Positions 16,151 through 25,753 of a DNA stretch of 64,000 nt are shown here, one piece after another (position 1 is the stretch's first letter; each line of letters opens with the position of its first letter). The translations under genes were made by a program, and so were the position numbers. The stretch comes from an uncultured Smithella sp. (GTDB taxonomy: Bacteria > Desulfobacterota > Syntrophia > Syntrophales > Smithellaceae), in NCBI GenBank assembly GCA_964525155.1, contig CAZGDK010000001.1:5283-69282 (forward strand), in the 5' to 3' direction. The notes under the pieces are model-generated. The model had not been told where the DNA came from. It saw only the letters and a list, made by a program, of their open reading frames with translations, and searched no databases.

Positions 16151-16764
16151 AGCTCACCGATCACTTTTTTCAGACACTCCTTCATCGCCTGCCGGGCGCG
16201 CGACAGGCGGGACTTCACCGTTCCGTCGGGAATCCGCAAAACCTCCCGAATCTCATCGTAGGACAGCCCCTGAATGTCGCACAACACCAGCACGTCGCGA
16301 TAATCAACGGCCAGCGTGTTGAGACACGCCTGGATTTGCGTTCCCAGTTCCCGGCGCTCCAGCTGCCGCGCCGGATCGCTCTCATCGGACACCGCAAGGC
16401 AGACGGCGCATCCGGCCTCTCCGTCCGCGTCGACAAGCGGCGTCCCTTCCCGGCGCATCAGGGTTTGACGCAGTTTCAACCGGTTTTTCGCCAGGTTCAG
16501 GACAATCCGGTACAGCCAGGTGGAAAATTTCGCTTCGCCCTTGAAGGACGCGATGGAGCGAAACGCAGCCAGAAACGCTTCCTGGACGACGTCGCACGCC
16601 TCGTCATAATCGCCCAGCATCCGGCAGGCAATGTTGAGCGCCTTTTGCGAATGCCTGGCGACCAGCACGGCAAACGCCTCGGTGTCCCCCTTCCGGCACG
16701 CCAAAACGAAGTCCAGATCGTCTTGGGCTTCCGGTGTTTTCGGGTTCTCTATGATCTTAGACAT
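16147..16764 (-). CDS. ECF-type RNA polymerase sigma-70 family factor
   Basis: Region 2 is present (DVVQEAFLAAFRSIASFKGEAKFSTWLYRIVLN), as is region 4 (RDVLVLCDIQGLSYDEIREVLRIPDGTVKSRLSRAR). Confidence 0.9.
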   Translation of the reverse strand: MSKIIENPKTPEAQDDLDFVLACRKGDTEAFAVLVARHSQKALNIACRMLGDYDEACDVVQEAFLAAFRSIASFKGEAKFSTWLYRIVLNLAKNRLKLRQTLMRREGTPLVDADGEAGCAVCLAVSDESDPARQLERRELGTQIQACLNTLAVDYRDVLVLCDIQGLSYDEIREVLRIPDGTVKSRLSRARQAMKECLKKVIGEL

Positions 16765-16855
16765 CCCAAACCATGTTTTTGTTCCCCAGATGTTTCAAAT
16801 TGCATGACGACCGGTGACGGCGCGAGGCGAAGATGAACCACCCGCCGCCGGAGGA

Positions 16856-17563
16856 TTACGGTTCTCCAATCTGATAGCGCGAAATATACCCGTCAAGAAT
16901 ATTGTTGAAGAAAAATCCCGTATAGAAAGAAGAGGCCAAAGGAGATGCGTCCGTAACAGTCGCCATCAGATTATTGTCGACGTAGGCGCTGAGCGTCGCG
17001 GCGCTGTCGCTGTTTGTGATCAGCTTAAACGTGTAGGTGTGATAGTCGGTCATGGCGGAGCTCACGGACCAGTCCGCCGATTTGAGAATGGAAAACATGT
17101 CGCTTAATTTGCAGATATGTATTTTTCCGTTTGCGCCGTCAAAGATCAGGCTATAGCAGGAGCTCAAGTCGCTTGACGCCCGCAGATAAAAACCGTAATT
17201 GCCGCCTGTTTCGGCCATGGAAACAATTTTCATTTTGCCGGACACGCTGACATTTCCCGATCCGCTGTAATTGGCGTTGAGCAGATAGGATGAATCCGCC
17301 GCCGACGCGTTGAAACGCGCCGCCTTATCGTCCGATTCCGATTCGATGGTCCAGCCCGACTCGCTGCCCTTGATCACGGCCCACGGGGTTTGCGGAAAAG
17401 TTTCGTAATCGGTGAAGTCGTCTGTAAGCACGGACGCGGAGTCTGAATCCGTAGCCGACGAGTCGTCCAGCGGACCGCACCCGCAAAGGGTTGCCAGAAA
17501 GATTGCCGCCACGACAAAAAAGAAAAATCTTTTTCCGATAATCCCCGCCGACTGTTTCATCAA
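16856..17563 (-). CDS. Lipoprotein with concanavalin/LamG-like jelly-roll features
   Basis: A signal peptide and lipobox are present (FLATLCGC). The sequence is beta-rich, with W..I.....W and YGFYLRAS.....YSLIFDG patterns. It lies upstream of, and co-directional with, the ECF sigma gene. Confidence 0.6.
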   Translation of the reverse strand: MMKQSAGIIGKRFFFFVVAAIFLATLCGCGPLDDSSATDSDSASVLTDDFTDYETFPQTPWAVIKGSESGWTIESESDDKAARFNASAADSSYLLNANYSGSGNVSVSGKMKIVSMAETGGNYGFYLRASSDLSSCYSLIFDGANGKIHICKLSDMFSILKSADWSVSSAMTDYHTYTFKLITNSDSAATLSAYVDNNLMATVTDASPLASSFYTGFFFNNILDGYISRYQIGEP

Positions 17564-17774
17564 AACCGTCCTCCCTCAATGCGCCTTCTCAACAAGAGCG
17601 ACCCCCGCCTGCCGCCTCCGGCCGCCTTCCGCGCCCTTGCCCGATGATTTCCATGTCCTGCCGTGAAAAACCACAAATTCAATAACATGTCAATACGATT
17701 AACAGTTTTTTACCTGTTGCAATTTTCGCCAAAAGGCATGATATGTTTCGACAGTTTGCCGCATTAAAGACGGG

Positions 17775-19397
17775 ATGCCGCATCCGGCGTCCGTCAACGG
17801 AGAAGACATCGAGATGATTGATTTTAAAACATTTTATGGATTATCGGAAAATCCCTTCGACGCCGCATCCGACGCCCGATTCTTTTTCCCCTCCGAAAGC
17901 CACCGTGAAGCCCTGGCGTCATTGCAGTATGGAATAACCTACCGGAAAGGCTTCATGCTGATTCTGGGCGCAGCCGGCAGCGGGAAAACCATGCTGATTG
18001 AACGCCTGATCAGCGTATGCGCCCGGACTACGCGCATCATTTTCTTTCCCCACAGCCAGGTTCCCTTTCCGAAAATGCTTGCCGTCATACTCGAGCAGAT
18101 GAATCTGACGGCGGCCGCCCAAACCAAGGGGGCCATGATGCACAGTCTGTATTACGGATTGATGGAATGCCAGAAGCGCGATGAGACGGTCGTTTTGGTG
18201 ATGGACCAGGCGGAAAAAATTCCGCTCGAGGTCCTCGAAGAAGTGCGCCTGCTGGCAAATCTCGAAACCGGCGCGTCCAAGCTGCTCCAGATCGTGCTGG
18301 TCGGAAGGCCGGAGCTTGGCCGGAAACTCCAATCCAGGCGGGTCCGTCAAATTGTACAGCGCATCGCCATCCGCGGCGGAATCTCCCTGTTAGCACCTCA
18401 AGAATCAAGGCAATACATCGACCACCGGCTGGGCGTCGCGGGCGGCACGTCCGGAATTTTTGCCGAAGACGCCCTGGCCATGATCTGCAAATCCGCGAAA
18501 GGATGTCCCCGGACGCTCAACACCCTGGGCCATAATGCCCTGATGCTGGGCGGCTGTCTTTCCGAAAAGCCGATAACCGCATCCACGGTAAAGAAAATTC
18601 GCGGGGGAAAAAATCCTTTGACCGAGACGGAAGCCAAAGGCCTGGCGTCCGGTTTTTCCGCGCGCCTGTCCGGAAAAATCGTCCTGACGTTTTTCGCGCT
18701 TGCGGGCCTGCTGATGCTGATCGCTTTCGGGAAAGCCTCTCTATCCGCGCTTCTCAACGCCCTGAAACCCCATCCTCGCGCTCTTGTCAGCGCCGACTCG
18801 GAGAAAGCCGCCGCCCCGGAAAGCCGCGCGTTTTCCATCCCGGATCATACCCAACATCCGCCCGCCCCTTTCATCGCCGCCGATGCGCCGCCCGCAGCGG
18901 GAAAGCCCGCTTCCGAAAATATCGCACCGAATGCCGCGCCGGCAAAGCCGCATCCGGGCATACGCATCCGGACCGTAGTCGATGTGCAAAAGGGAAGCAG
19001 CCTGTCCGTATTCGCCTTCCGGAATTACAAAATGACCAACGAAACGCTCGTGGATCATATCATCAAGGCCAATCCGGAAATCGCCAATCCCGGCCTGCTT
19101 GAGCCGGGCCAGAAAATCCGGATTCCGGAAATTACGGAAGCCTTGCTGATCATCCGCTCTCCGGACAATCTGTATCACGTTCATTTGAGAACATTTGAGG
19201 ATTTGAAAGGCGCGCAACACTACCGGCGCATCGCCGCGTCATGGGGACAACCGACCGAGACGTCACCCTGGCCCATATCGGAAAAAGAAACCTGGCACAG
19301 GGTTCTGGCCGGGCCTTTCGCAAATTACAGCGAAGCAGCCAAGGCTCTCGAAAGCATGAAGAAGAAGGGATTTACCGTGATTCCTTTTAATCCGTAA
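17775..19397 (+). CDS. ExeA/GspA-like AAA ATPase fused to TM segment, LysM and SPOR peptidoglycan-binding domains
   Basis: The N-terminus FYGLSENPF...FFPSESHREALASLQYGI...GFMLILGAAGSGKT (Walker A) and VLVMDQAE (Walker B) match ExeA-type ATPases. A TM helix IVLTFFALAGLLMLIAF follows. The LysM-like part is VQKGSSLSVFAFRNY...ANPEIANPGLLEPGQKIRIP. The SPOR-like end is YHVHLRTF...WHRVLAGPFANYSEAAKALESMKKKGF. An alternative start is the ATG at 17814. Confidence 0.8.
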   Translation: MPHPASVNGEDIEMIDFKTFYGLSENPFDAASDARFFFPSESHREALASLQYGITYRKGFMLILGAAGSGKTMLIERLISVCARTTRIIFFPHSQVPFPKMLAVILEQMNLTAAAQTKGAMMHSLYYGLMECQKRDETVVLVMDQAEKIPLEVLEEVRLLANLETGASKLLQIVLVGRPELGRKLQSRRVRQIVQRIAIRGGISLLAPQESRQYIDHRLGVAGGTSGIFAEDALAMICKSAKGCPRTLNTLGHNALMLGGCLSEKPITASTVKKIRGGKNPLTETEAKGLASGFSARLSGKIVLTFFALAGLLMLIAFGKASLSALLNALKPHPRALVSADSEKAAAPESRAFSIPDHTQHPPAPFIAADAPPAAGKPASENIAPNAAPAKPHPGIRIRTVVDVQKGSSLSVFAFRNYKMTNETLVDHIIKANPEIANPGLLEPGQKIRIPEITEALLIIRSPDNLYHVHLRTFEDLKGAQHYRRIAASWGQPTETSPWPISEKETWHRVLAGPFANYSEAAKALESMKKKGFTVIPFNP

Positions 19398-20709
19398 CGC
19401 CGCTTTCCGGCACAAGCTCCTGACGCGCGGCCGCGCCGGCTTTCCAGGCCGGCGCAAAAACGCTGAAAAACAGAATGTAAAAAACGAATATCAGGCTGAA
19501 GATGTAGCGGCGTTCGGCGTGAAAAAAATAGGCCATGACAAATGTCAGGAAAACAAAACTCCAGAAGACCCACAAAATTTTCAGTTTCGGACGGGTCAAA
19601 CGCCTGGCCCAGACAAACGGCCAGACGAAAAACGAAAAAAACGCCGTCACGGTGATCACACCGGTAAAGACCTTCATGAAAAACAACACGCCGCTTGCGG
19701 ACAGCACCACGGGGAAGAGCTGCCCCACAAACAGAAACTTGATTTTCACAAAATTTTCCAAAAGCACGCCTTCCCGGTGTTTGAGACAGTCCATTCCCAG
19801 GGCGTAAAAATAGTCCTGGTTATACATCGGCTCGGTGGTGTTAAAGACATTCATACCAAAATAATCTTCGTAGCCGGGCGGCCCGATGACGTAATGCCAG
19901 CCCTCAAAGCGCGAATTGACTTCACTGGCCTTGCACTGGCCCAGAAAGAAATTCAGCCCGCCGTTGGCGCCCAGCCCCCGGACGGCTCCGCCGGAAATAC
20001 GGTTATTTTCAAAACTCACCGCGGCAAACACCAGCGTGAACGCAATGCCGAAGGCGACGGCGTTGGCCCAGGCCCACCCTTTGCGGTAATAAGCGAAAAC
20101 ATAGAAATTCAGGGGAATGACAAACAAAACAAACGCGGGCCGGACACCCACGGAAATGCCGAACAGGAGCCCCGCGGCAAACAGGTATTTCTTTTGGGTC
20201 GGATGGCAAAACAGCAACGACAGCGCGATGATAAAAAGGGGCAGCGCGATGTTTTCGGAAAACACGAATGCGTAAAGATAAACGACCGGATAGGTGAAAA
20301 TGTATAAAAGCGTGACGGCCACGCTCAACTTTTCATTTTTAAAAATCTTGACGAGCAGTTTGTACAGAAAAGCAATGCTCACGCTTCCCAGGATAATCTG
20401 CAGCAGGAGAACAATCTCCAGATTGAAGTTGGACAACCCCAGAAGGCGAATGGGATAAAAAAGCCAGGATAAAATGATGTGATAAAGCGGCGGCCAGATG
20501 ACCCATTGATCCACGGAATGGGTATCGCCATCAAATCTTCTGAGCGCCCTCTCCCAGTAGCCGCCGGCGTCACTGTCGTCGTTATACGTCCAGTATTCGG
20601 TAAAAAAAGACACGTAAATGAAATATACAAGGAAGGCCAGCGCGGCCAGAAACCACTCCGGGTGCGCTTTGACGGTATTGACAAGCTTGTCTCTGATGGA
20701 TTTGATCAT
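19387..20709 (-). CDS. GT-C fold polytopic membrane glycosyltransferase (ArnT/PMT, GT39/GT83-like), short paralog
   Basis: 440 aa with more than 10 hydrophobic helices. The first-loop acidic motif is YNDDSDAGGYWERALRRFDG..WPPLYHI. It shares GLGANGGLNFF and N-terminal blocks with the two 630-aa genes upstream. Confidence 0.7.
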   Translation of the reverse strand: MIKSIRDKLVNTVKAHPEWFLAALAFLVYFIYVSFFTEYWTYNDDSDAGGYWERALRRFDGDTHSVDQWVIWPPLYHIILSWLFYPIRLLGLSNFNLEIVLLLQIILGSVSIAFLYKLLVKIFKNEKLSVAVTLLYIFTYPVVYLYAFVFSENIALPLFIIALSLLFCHPTQKKYLFAAGLLFGISVGVRPAFVLFVIPLNFYVFAYYRKGWAWANAVAFGIAFTLVFAAVSFENNRISGGAVRGLGANGGLNFFLGQCKASEVNSRFEGWHYVIGPPGYEDYFGMNVFNTTEPMYNQDYFYALGMDCLKHREGVLLENFVKIKFLFVGQLFPVVLSASGVLFFMKVFTGVITVTAFFSFFVWPFVWARRLTRPKLKILWVFWSFVFLTFVMAYFFHAERRYIFSLIFVFYILFFSVFAPAWKAGAAARQELVPESGVTD

Positions 20710-21012
20710 ATTTCCGGAGACAACCCGACGGTTATCAGAGCCTCCGTTTTCCCGCGAGAGAAGATCATTTCCAGCAATGGGAATAGAGACGCCTTTTGTT
20801 GTTTGTCAAGAAATTCCATTTTCTTTCTTCCGTGCCCGACGGCGACGAACAATACAAGCCGTTTCATTTTTTGTGCCGGTTGACGTCAACTGCTTTTCAA
20901 CCGATTTAAAGATCGGCCTGCTTACCTGCTATTGATTTCCCTGTCAACATAAAAAACTGTAAATTAATGTAATGTCCCATGCCGGGGGCCAGCGCGTTTT
21001 TGACAGAACGCA

Positions 21013-21744
21013 TCAAAAGCGGAAACGCAGACGCACAATCATGCCGAGGTATTTACGCCCGCGGCGGATAAACCCCCACAAATTGGTTGCCGTCTTGGAT
21101 TCCCCGCGCCGGCGCGGCGTCAAAACATACGGCACTTCCACGACGCGGGCCCGGCGCTCTTTGATCAAATAGACGATAAGTGCGATGAAGTATTCGCCGT
21201 AATCTCCGCTAAGATCGTAGCCCTGGAGAAATTCCCGTTTCAAAACAATGAAACCGCTGGACCAGTCGCGAAAACGGCAGCCCAGCGCCCACCCGCCGAG
21301 AATGCTGAGCGTCTTACTCAGCATCAGCTGAGTCGCCAGAAGAAAATTGACCGCGCGCGCATCGCCGCCGCCCGGCACATAGCGCGATCCCACCGCCACA
21401 TCGGCGCCCTCATCAATCGCCTGCAGCAGCTCGGGAATTTTTTTAGGCGGCATGGACAGGTCCACATCCATCCACATCAATAATCTTCCCCGTCCCATTT
21501 TCAGTCCGTCGTTGATCGCGCTGGTCAGGCCGCGCACATTGACGCGTCGCAGCAGCCGGACGTTTGAGCGCGAAGCGGCAAAAGCTTCCACGGCCTCCCA
21601 GGTTTTATCGGGGGAATCATCATCCACCACAATGGCTTCGTAGGGAATGGCCACTATCTTTTCCAGCTCGGACAAAAGCAGGATGATGTTGTCCTTTTCG
21701 TTGTATGTCGGCAAAATAATGCTCAACGCAATTTCGGCATTCAT
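21013..21744 (-). CDS. GT2 polyprenol-phosphate sugar synthase (Dpm1/ArnC/GtrB-like)
   Basis: GT-A motifs are present: LSIILPTYNEKDNI, IVVDDDSPDKT, LMWMDVDLSMPP, VAVGSRY. Its start overlaps the upstream GT-C stop. Confidence 0.85.
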   Translation of the reverse strand: MNAEIALSIILPTYNEKDNIILLLSELEKIVAIPYEAIVVDDDSPDKTWEAVEAFAASRSNVRLLRRVNVRGLTSAINDGLKMGRGRLLMWMDVDLSMPPKKIPELLQAIDEGADVAVGSRYVPGGGDARAVNFLLATQLMLSKTLSILGGWALGCRFRDWSSGFIVLKREFLQGYDLSGDYGEYFIALIVYLIKERRARVVEVPYVLTPRRRGESKTATNLWGFIRRGRKYLGMIVRLRFRF

Positions 21745-23654
21745 GGCTGCCCGCCCTCCTTTGGAAGAGTAAACCGTACCCGCTCATCGCTTACCCCGAC
21801 CATGTTTCGATGACGCCATCCGGAAGCGTCTTCGTAGCTGTAATTGACGGCAAAGCCGCCGTCGAGTTCGATAAAGTCAAACGCCATCTCCAGAGTATGC
21901 CGGCCCGGATCAAGGGTGATTTCAACGGATTTTTCAAGAGCGCCGCCGGGATCCTCTTGATTGGCGCTCAAATCATAAGGATTCTTTTCGGCCAGCAGGG
22001 TTTTGCCGTTGATAAGCATCTCAAACGGCCAGACGCTGTAAACATCGAACCTCAGCGCCAGCGGCTCTCGACCGGCAATGTCCAGGCGGGTTATCGCCCA
22101 AACACGGGTTGGAACGCTCGGTTTATAACCCGTATCGGCATGCGCAATGACCCCCTTGCGGGCGAACGGAAAAAACAGGCGGCCGACATCCTGAACGGTC
22201 GACGCGCCGGCGGGAGCGCTATCCAGGCTCCGGGCGTGCATTTTCATGCTCGGTGAATGTTGGGGCTCCAATGCGACAACGACGGCCGCGGAAACGCCGA
22301 TGATCAGCCCCATTGTCAGGCCATAGGGCAAAAGAACTTTTCTCCAGCGCCGCCAGTCACCGTAAAACAGTTCGGCCAGTTTGAAAAAAAGGAGATAAAA
22401 CGCAAAAATGATCGCATACGAATAACGCGGCTCCCCGGTAAACAGATAGCTGACCAGAAGTGTCAGACCAATCACCGTCGTCAAAAACCCGCAAAGCGGC
22501 TTTTCTTCGGACGAAAGCCCCCGCCACATCCACAGATAAAGCCAAAGCGACACAAACATGAGAAATTTAAATCCATCCCAAAGCGGCCGGAAAAAATCAT
22601 ATCCGGGAATGGGCATGGCAGGCAGCATCGTCGCGAAAAACAGGTCTTTGACGTGCGCAAAATTTTTGAGAAGCCTTTCCGGGTGATGTTTGATGAAATT
22701 CCAGCCCAATTGATAATAATAACCCTGATCATAGAACGGAACGTTGGTTTTAAAATACCCTTGTTCCGGCTTCTGGGACAGGGCCGGAACCACAATGAAA
22801 TGGTTTAAGCCCTCATGCGACAGTTCAATGCGATGGTAACGGGCATTGGCGATAAAAAAATCCAAGCCGCCGTTGGCGGAAAGCCCCGTCACCCTGCCCT
22901 GCGAGATGCGTGAGACTTCCAGACCGGCGCCCAGAATCAGCGCAAAAAACAGGGTGGAAAAAACGGCGGCGCGCGCCACAAACGCAAGGCTGAAACGCCG
23001 GCGGATCAATAAATAAACGACGAAGGCCAGGCCATAAGGGGCAAGGGACGGACGAATGATCGAGGCAAAGGCAAACAGCAGGGCCGAAAGAATCAGCCAC
23101 ATCCAACCCTCACGGCGGTAAATCAGGGAAACGGCTATCACCAGCAGGGGAATCGCTAGATTTTCCGAAAGCAGAAAGGCGTTGAAATACCAGGCCGGAA
23201 AGCCAAAGCCATAAAGCAGCAACGCCGCCAGCCCCCACGGGGTCTGTTGAAACCAGCGCACAGCCACGCGCTGCAGTGCATAAACCGACACGGCATGAGC
23301 CAGGATGTTCATGGCCAGCACGGTTTCGAGTTTGATCAAGCCAGAAAGACCCAGCCATTTCAACACGCGGAAAAACTCCGCCAGAAAAATATGATAGCCG
23401 GGCGGCCAGGCAAAGTACTGGGAAATATCGTACGGGTTTCCATCGAGCCTTTGCAGCGCCCGTTCCCAGAAACCGTGCATATCGCTGTACAGGCACGACG
23501 GATAGTCCGTTAAGAGAAAAACATACAGCGCGATGATCAGCAATGAACTGAACGCAAGAAAAAACCCGAAGAGTCTGGTTTGATAAAATGTACGAAAATC
23601 TTGGATGCCGGACCGGCCGGTCTGCCGGCGGCGCTCACTGGTTCTGGACCACAT
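21741..23654 (-). CDS. GT-C membrane glycosyltransferase with C-terminal PA14-like beta-sandwich domain (paralog A)
   Basis: 637 aa. The N-terminal ~470 aa are polytopic, with YSDMHGFWERALQRLDG..WPPGYHIFLAEFF and GLSANGGLDFFIAN. The soluble C-terminal ~160 aa end in ITLDPGRHTLEMAFDFIELDGGFAVNYSYEDASGW. Confidence 0.7.
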   Translation of the reverse strand: MWSRTSERRRQTGRSGIQDFRTFYQTRLFGFFLAFSSLLIIALYVFLLTDYPSCLYSDMHGFWERALQRLDGNPYDISQYFAWPPGYHIFLAEFFRVLKWLGLSGLIKLETVLAMNILAHAVSVYALQRVAVRWFQQTPWGLAALLLYGFGFPAWYFNAFLLSENLAIPLLVIAVSLIYRREGWMWLILSALLFAFASIIRPSLAPYGLAFVVYLLIRRRFSLAFVARAAVFSTLFFALILGAGLEVSRISQGRVTGLSANGGLDFFIANARYHRIELSHEGLNHFIVVPALSQKPEQGYFKTNVPFYDQGYYYQLGWNFIKHHPERLLKNFAHVKDLFFATMLPAMPIPGYDFFRPLWDGFKFLMFVSLWLYLWMWRGLSSEEKPLCGFLTTVIGLTLLVSYLFTGEPRYSYAIIFAFYLLFFKLAELFYGDWRRWRKVLLPYGLTMGLIIGVSAAVVVALEPQHSPSMKMHARSLDSAPAGASTVQDVGRLFFPFARKGVIAHADTGYKPSVPTRVWAITRLDIAGREPLALRFDVYSVWPFEMLINGKTLLAEKNPYDLSANQEDPGGALEKSVEITLDPGRHTLEMAFDFIELDGGFAVNYSYEDASGWRHRNMVGVSDERVRFTLPKEGGQP

Positions 23655-23803
23655 CCTTTAGCCCCCGTTGCCGCATCTGTTTTTTCGTGAATAGCAGATT
23701 TCGGGGAGCCTGCAAATAAAAAAATCTCTAATAACCGCACCGGCCGTTTTTGAAAGCGCCGCTTTTGCGCCCGCGGCAATCCAAGCAAGATGCACGGGAC
23801 GGA

Positions 23804-25693
23804 TCACGAATCGCTTTCGTTTGCCTGGGGCAGGCTGAAGCGAAGCCGCGTATCGCTTACCCCCAGGGTCTTTCGCTGCAGCCAGCCTTCGGCATCCAGA
23901 TAATTGTATTTAATGGCAAATCCCCCGTCCCTCATGGGATAGTCGAAGGCAACCTCCAGCGCATAGTGGCCTGGATAGAGGATGGTTGCCGCTTTGAATT
24001 CAATCGCATAAAAGGGATTTGTTTCAACCGGCAGCTTTTTGCCGTTTATCAGAATTTCAAACGGCCAGTCCGTAATGACCTCGAACGTCACGGGCAGCGG
24101 CCCCGACCCTTCGACGTCCAAGCGGCTTTGCGTAAGAACCCGGGCGGGAGAGCCAAGCTTATATCCCAAGTCGGCATGCGAGACGGATTCTTTCATCCGG
24201 AACGGAAAAAACAACCGGCCAACCTGATGTTCCGACGCAGACACGCTCTGCGGTTGTTCCGATTGGGCCTGTATCTCCATCCTCATGCTCGGCGGGTAGA
24301 CGGGCTTCATCCAATAGGCAACGGCAACCGCGGCGACAACGATGCCCCCCATCATCAGAGCGTAAGGACGCCAGACCTTTTTCCAGCGCCCCCACTCAGA
24401 AGTAAACTGCTCGGCCAGCTTGAAAAAAAGAAGGTAGAAAACAAAGATGATCTGATAGGTATAACGCGGCTCTCCCGTAAACAGATAACTGACCAGGATC
24501 GTCACGCCGATCACGGTCATCGAAAAAGCGAACAGCGGTTTTGCTTCGGACGAAAGGCCCCGCCACATCCAGATATACAACCCCAGAGACAAAAACATGA
24601 TAAATTTAAACACGTCCCACAGCGGGCGCAAAAAGAAATATCCGGGCGTGTCCTGGCTGGGAAGCATGGGCGAAAAAAACAGGTCCCGGATGTGTTCAAC
24701 ATTCTTGAGAAGTCTTGCCGGATCGTGCTTTATGAAATTCCAACCCATTTTAAAATAATAGTCCTGTTCGTAAAACGGAATGTCCGTTTTGAAGTACCCG
24801 TTTTCCGGATTGTCGGACAGAGCCGGCACCACAATGACATGATGCCATCCCTCATAATGCAGGCCGACGCTGTTGTAGCGCGAATTGGCGATAAAAAAAT
24901 CCAGGCCGCCGTTGGCGGAAAGTCCCGTGACTTTGCCCTGGGATATGCGCGACACTTCCAGACCGGCTGCAAAAACCAGCGCAAAGAAAATGGCGGAAAA
25001 GACGGCCGCGCGAACCAGAAACGCGCGGTTTAAACGCCAACGCACCAGAAAGTAAACAACGAACGCCAGCCCTAAAGGCGCCAATGAAGGCCGAAAAATA
25101 GCAGTAAGAGAAAACAGCAACGCGGCGGCGATAAGCGACGGCCAGCCCTCCCGGCAGTACAAAAGAGCAATGGCCAGAATCAGCAGCGGGACCGCCAGAT
25201 TTCCGGAAAGCAAAAACACATTGAAATAAAGGGCGGGAAAACCGAAGGCGTATAAAAGCAGCGCCGCGAGCATCCACCGCGGACTTTGAAACCAGCGCGT
25301 CAGGATGCGCTGCATCGCATACACCGATGCGGCATACGCCAGCATGTTCATGAACAAGACCGTTTCAACTTTAATCAGACCTTCCAGCCCCAGCCAGCGC
25401 AGGACGCGAAAAAATTCAGCCAGAAAAATATGGTAGCCGGGCGGCCAGGCCAGGTACTGAGTCAGATTATACGTGTCGCCGTTGAGCCGCTCCATCGCGC
25501 GCAGCCAGAACCCCAGCATGTCGCTGTATAAATACTCCCGGAAGGCGGAAAAAAAGAAACCATAGAAAAAAATTGCGGCCAGCGAAACAAGCGCCAGACA
25601 GACGCCGAAGGCCCGCGTTTGAACAAAGTCTCCAAAATGATGAGCGCCAGACCAATGATTTTGCCCGCGCTCCTTTTCTTTTTTTTCGCTCAT
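23804..25693 (-). CDS. GT-C membrane glycosyltransferase with C-terminal PA14-like domain (paralog B, tandem duplicate)
   Basis: 629 aa, collinear with paralog A over its full length (YSDMLGFWLRAMERLNG..WPPGYHIFLAEFFRVLRWLGLEGLIK; GLSANGGLDFFIAN; YPGHYALEVAFDYPMRDGGFAIKYNYLDAEGW). Confidence 0.7.
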   Translation of the reverse strand: MSEKKEKERGQNHWSGAHHFGDFVQTRAFGVCLALVSLAAIFFYGFFFSAFREYLYSDMLGFWLRAMERLNGDTYNLTQYLAWPPGYHIFLAEFFRVLRWLGLEGLIKVETVLFMNMLAYAASVYAMQRILTRWFQSPRWMLAALLLYAFGFPALYFNVFLLSGNLAVPLLILAIALLYCREGWPSLIAAALLFSLTAIFRPSLAPLGLAFVVYFLVRWRLNRAFLVRAAVFSAIFFALVFAAGLEVSRISQGKVTGLSANGGLDFFIANSRYNSVGLHYEGWHHVIVVPALSDNPENGYFKTDIPFYEQDYYFKMGWNFIKHDPARLLKNVEHIRDLFFSPMLPSQDTPGYFFLRPLWDVFKFIMFLSLGLYIWMWRGLSSEAKPLFAFSMTVIGVTILVSYLFTGEPRYTYQIIFVFYLLFFKLAEQFTSEWGRWKKVWRPYALMMGGIVVAAVAVAYWMKPVYPPSMRMEIQAQSEQPQSVSASEHQVGRLFFPFRMKESVSHADLGYKLGSPARVLTQSRLDVEGSGPLPVTFEVITDWPFEILINGKKLPVETNPFYAIEFKAATILYPGHYALEVAFDYPMRDGGFAIKYNYLDAEGWLQRKTLGVSDTRLRFSLPQANESDS

Positions 25694-25753
25694 TATTTAA
25701 TTTCCCGCCCCCTGTCCCATGGAATATTTGCGGCATTCATGGCGTTTTACTCC

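Larger units (their letters stand above)
21741..25693 (-). repeat. Tandem gene duplication (two ~1.9-kb GT-C/PA14-like paralogs separated by 149 bp)
   Basis: The proteins align end to end. Stretches of near-identical DNA are visible, for example ccagaaaaatatgatagccgggcggccaggc versus ccagaaaaatatggtagccgggcggccaggc. Confidence 0.8.

Noticed and set aside
23750-25033. 427-aa plus-strand ORF (and similar ORFs 19519..20307, 21810..22256, 22257..22808) opposite the GT-C genes
   Set aside because: These are antisense shadow ORFs, basic and low-complexity (R/K/G/P/Q-rich), with no domains. The minus-strand genes have coherent membrane-protein sequence and paralog support.
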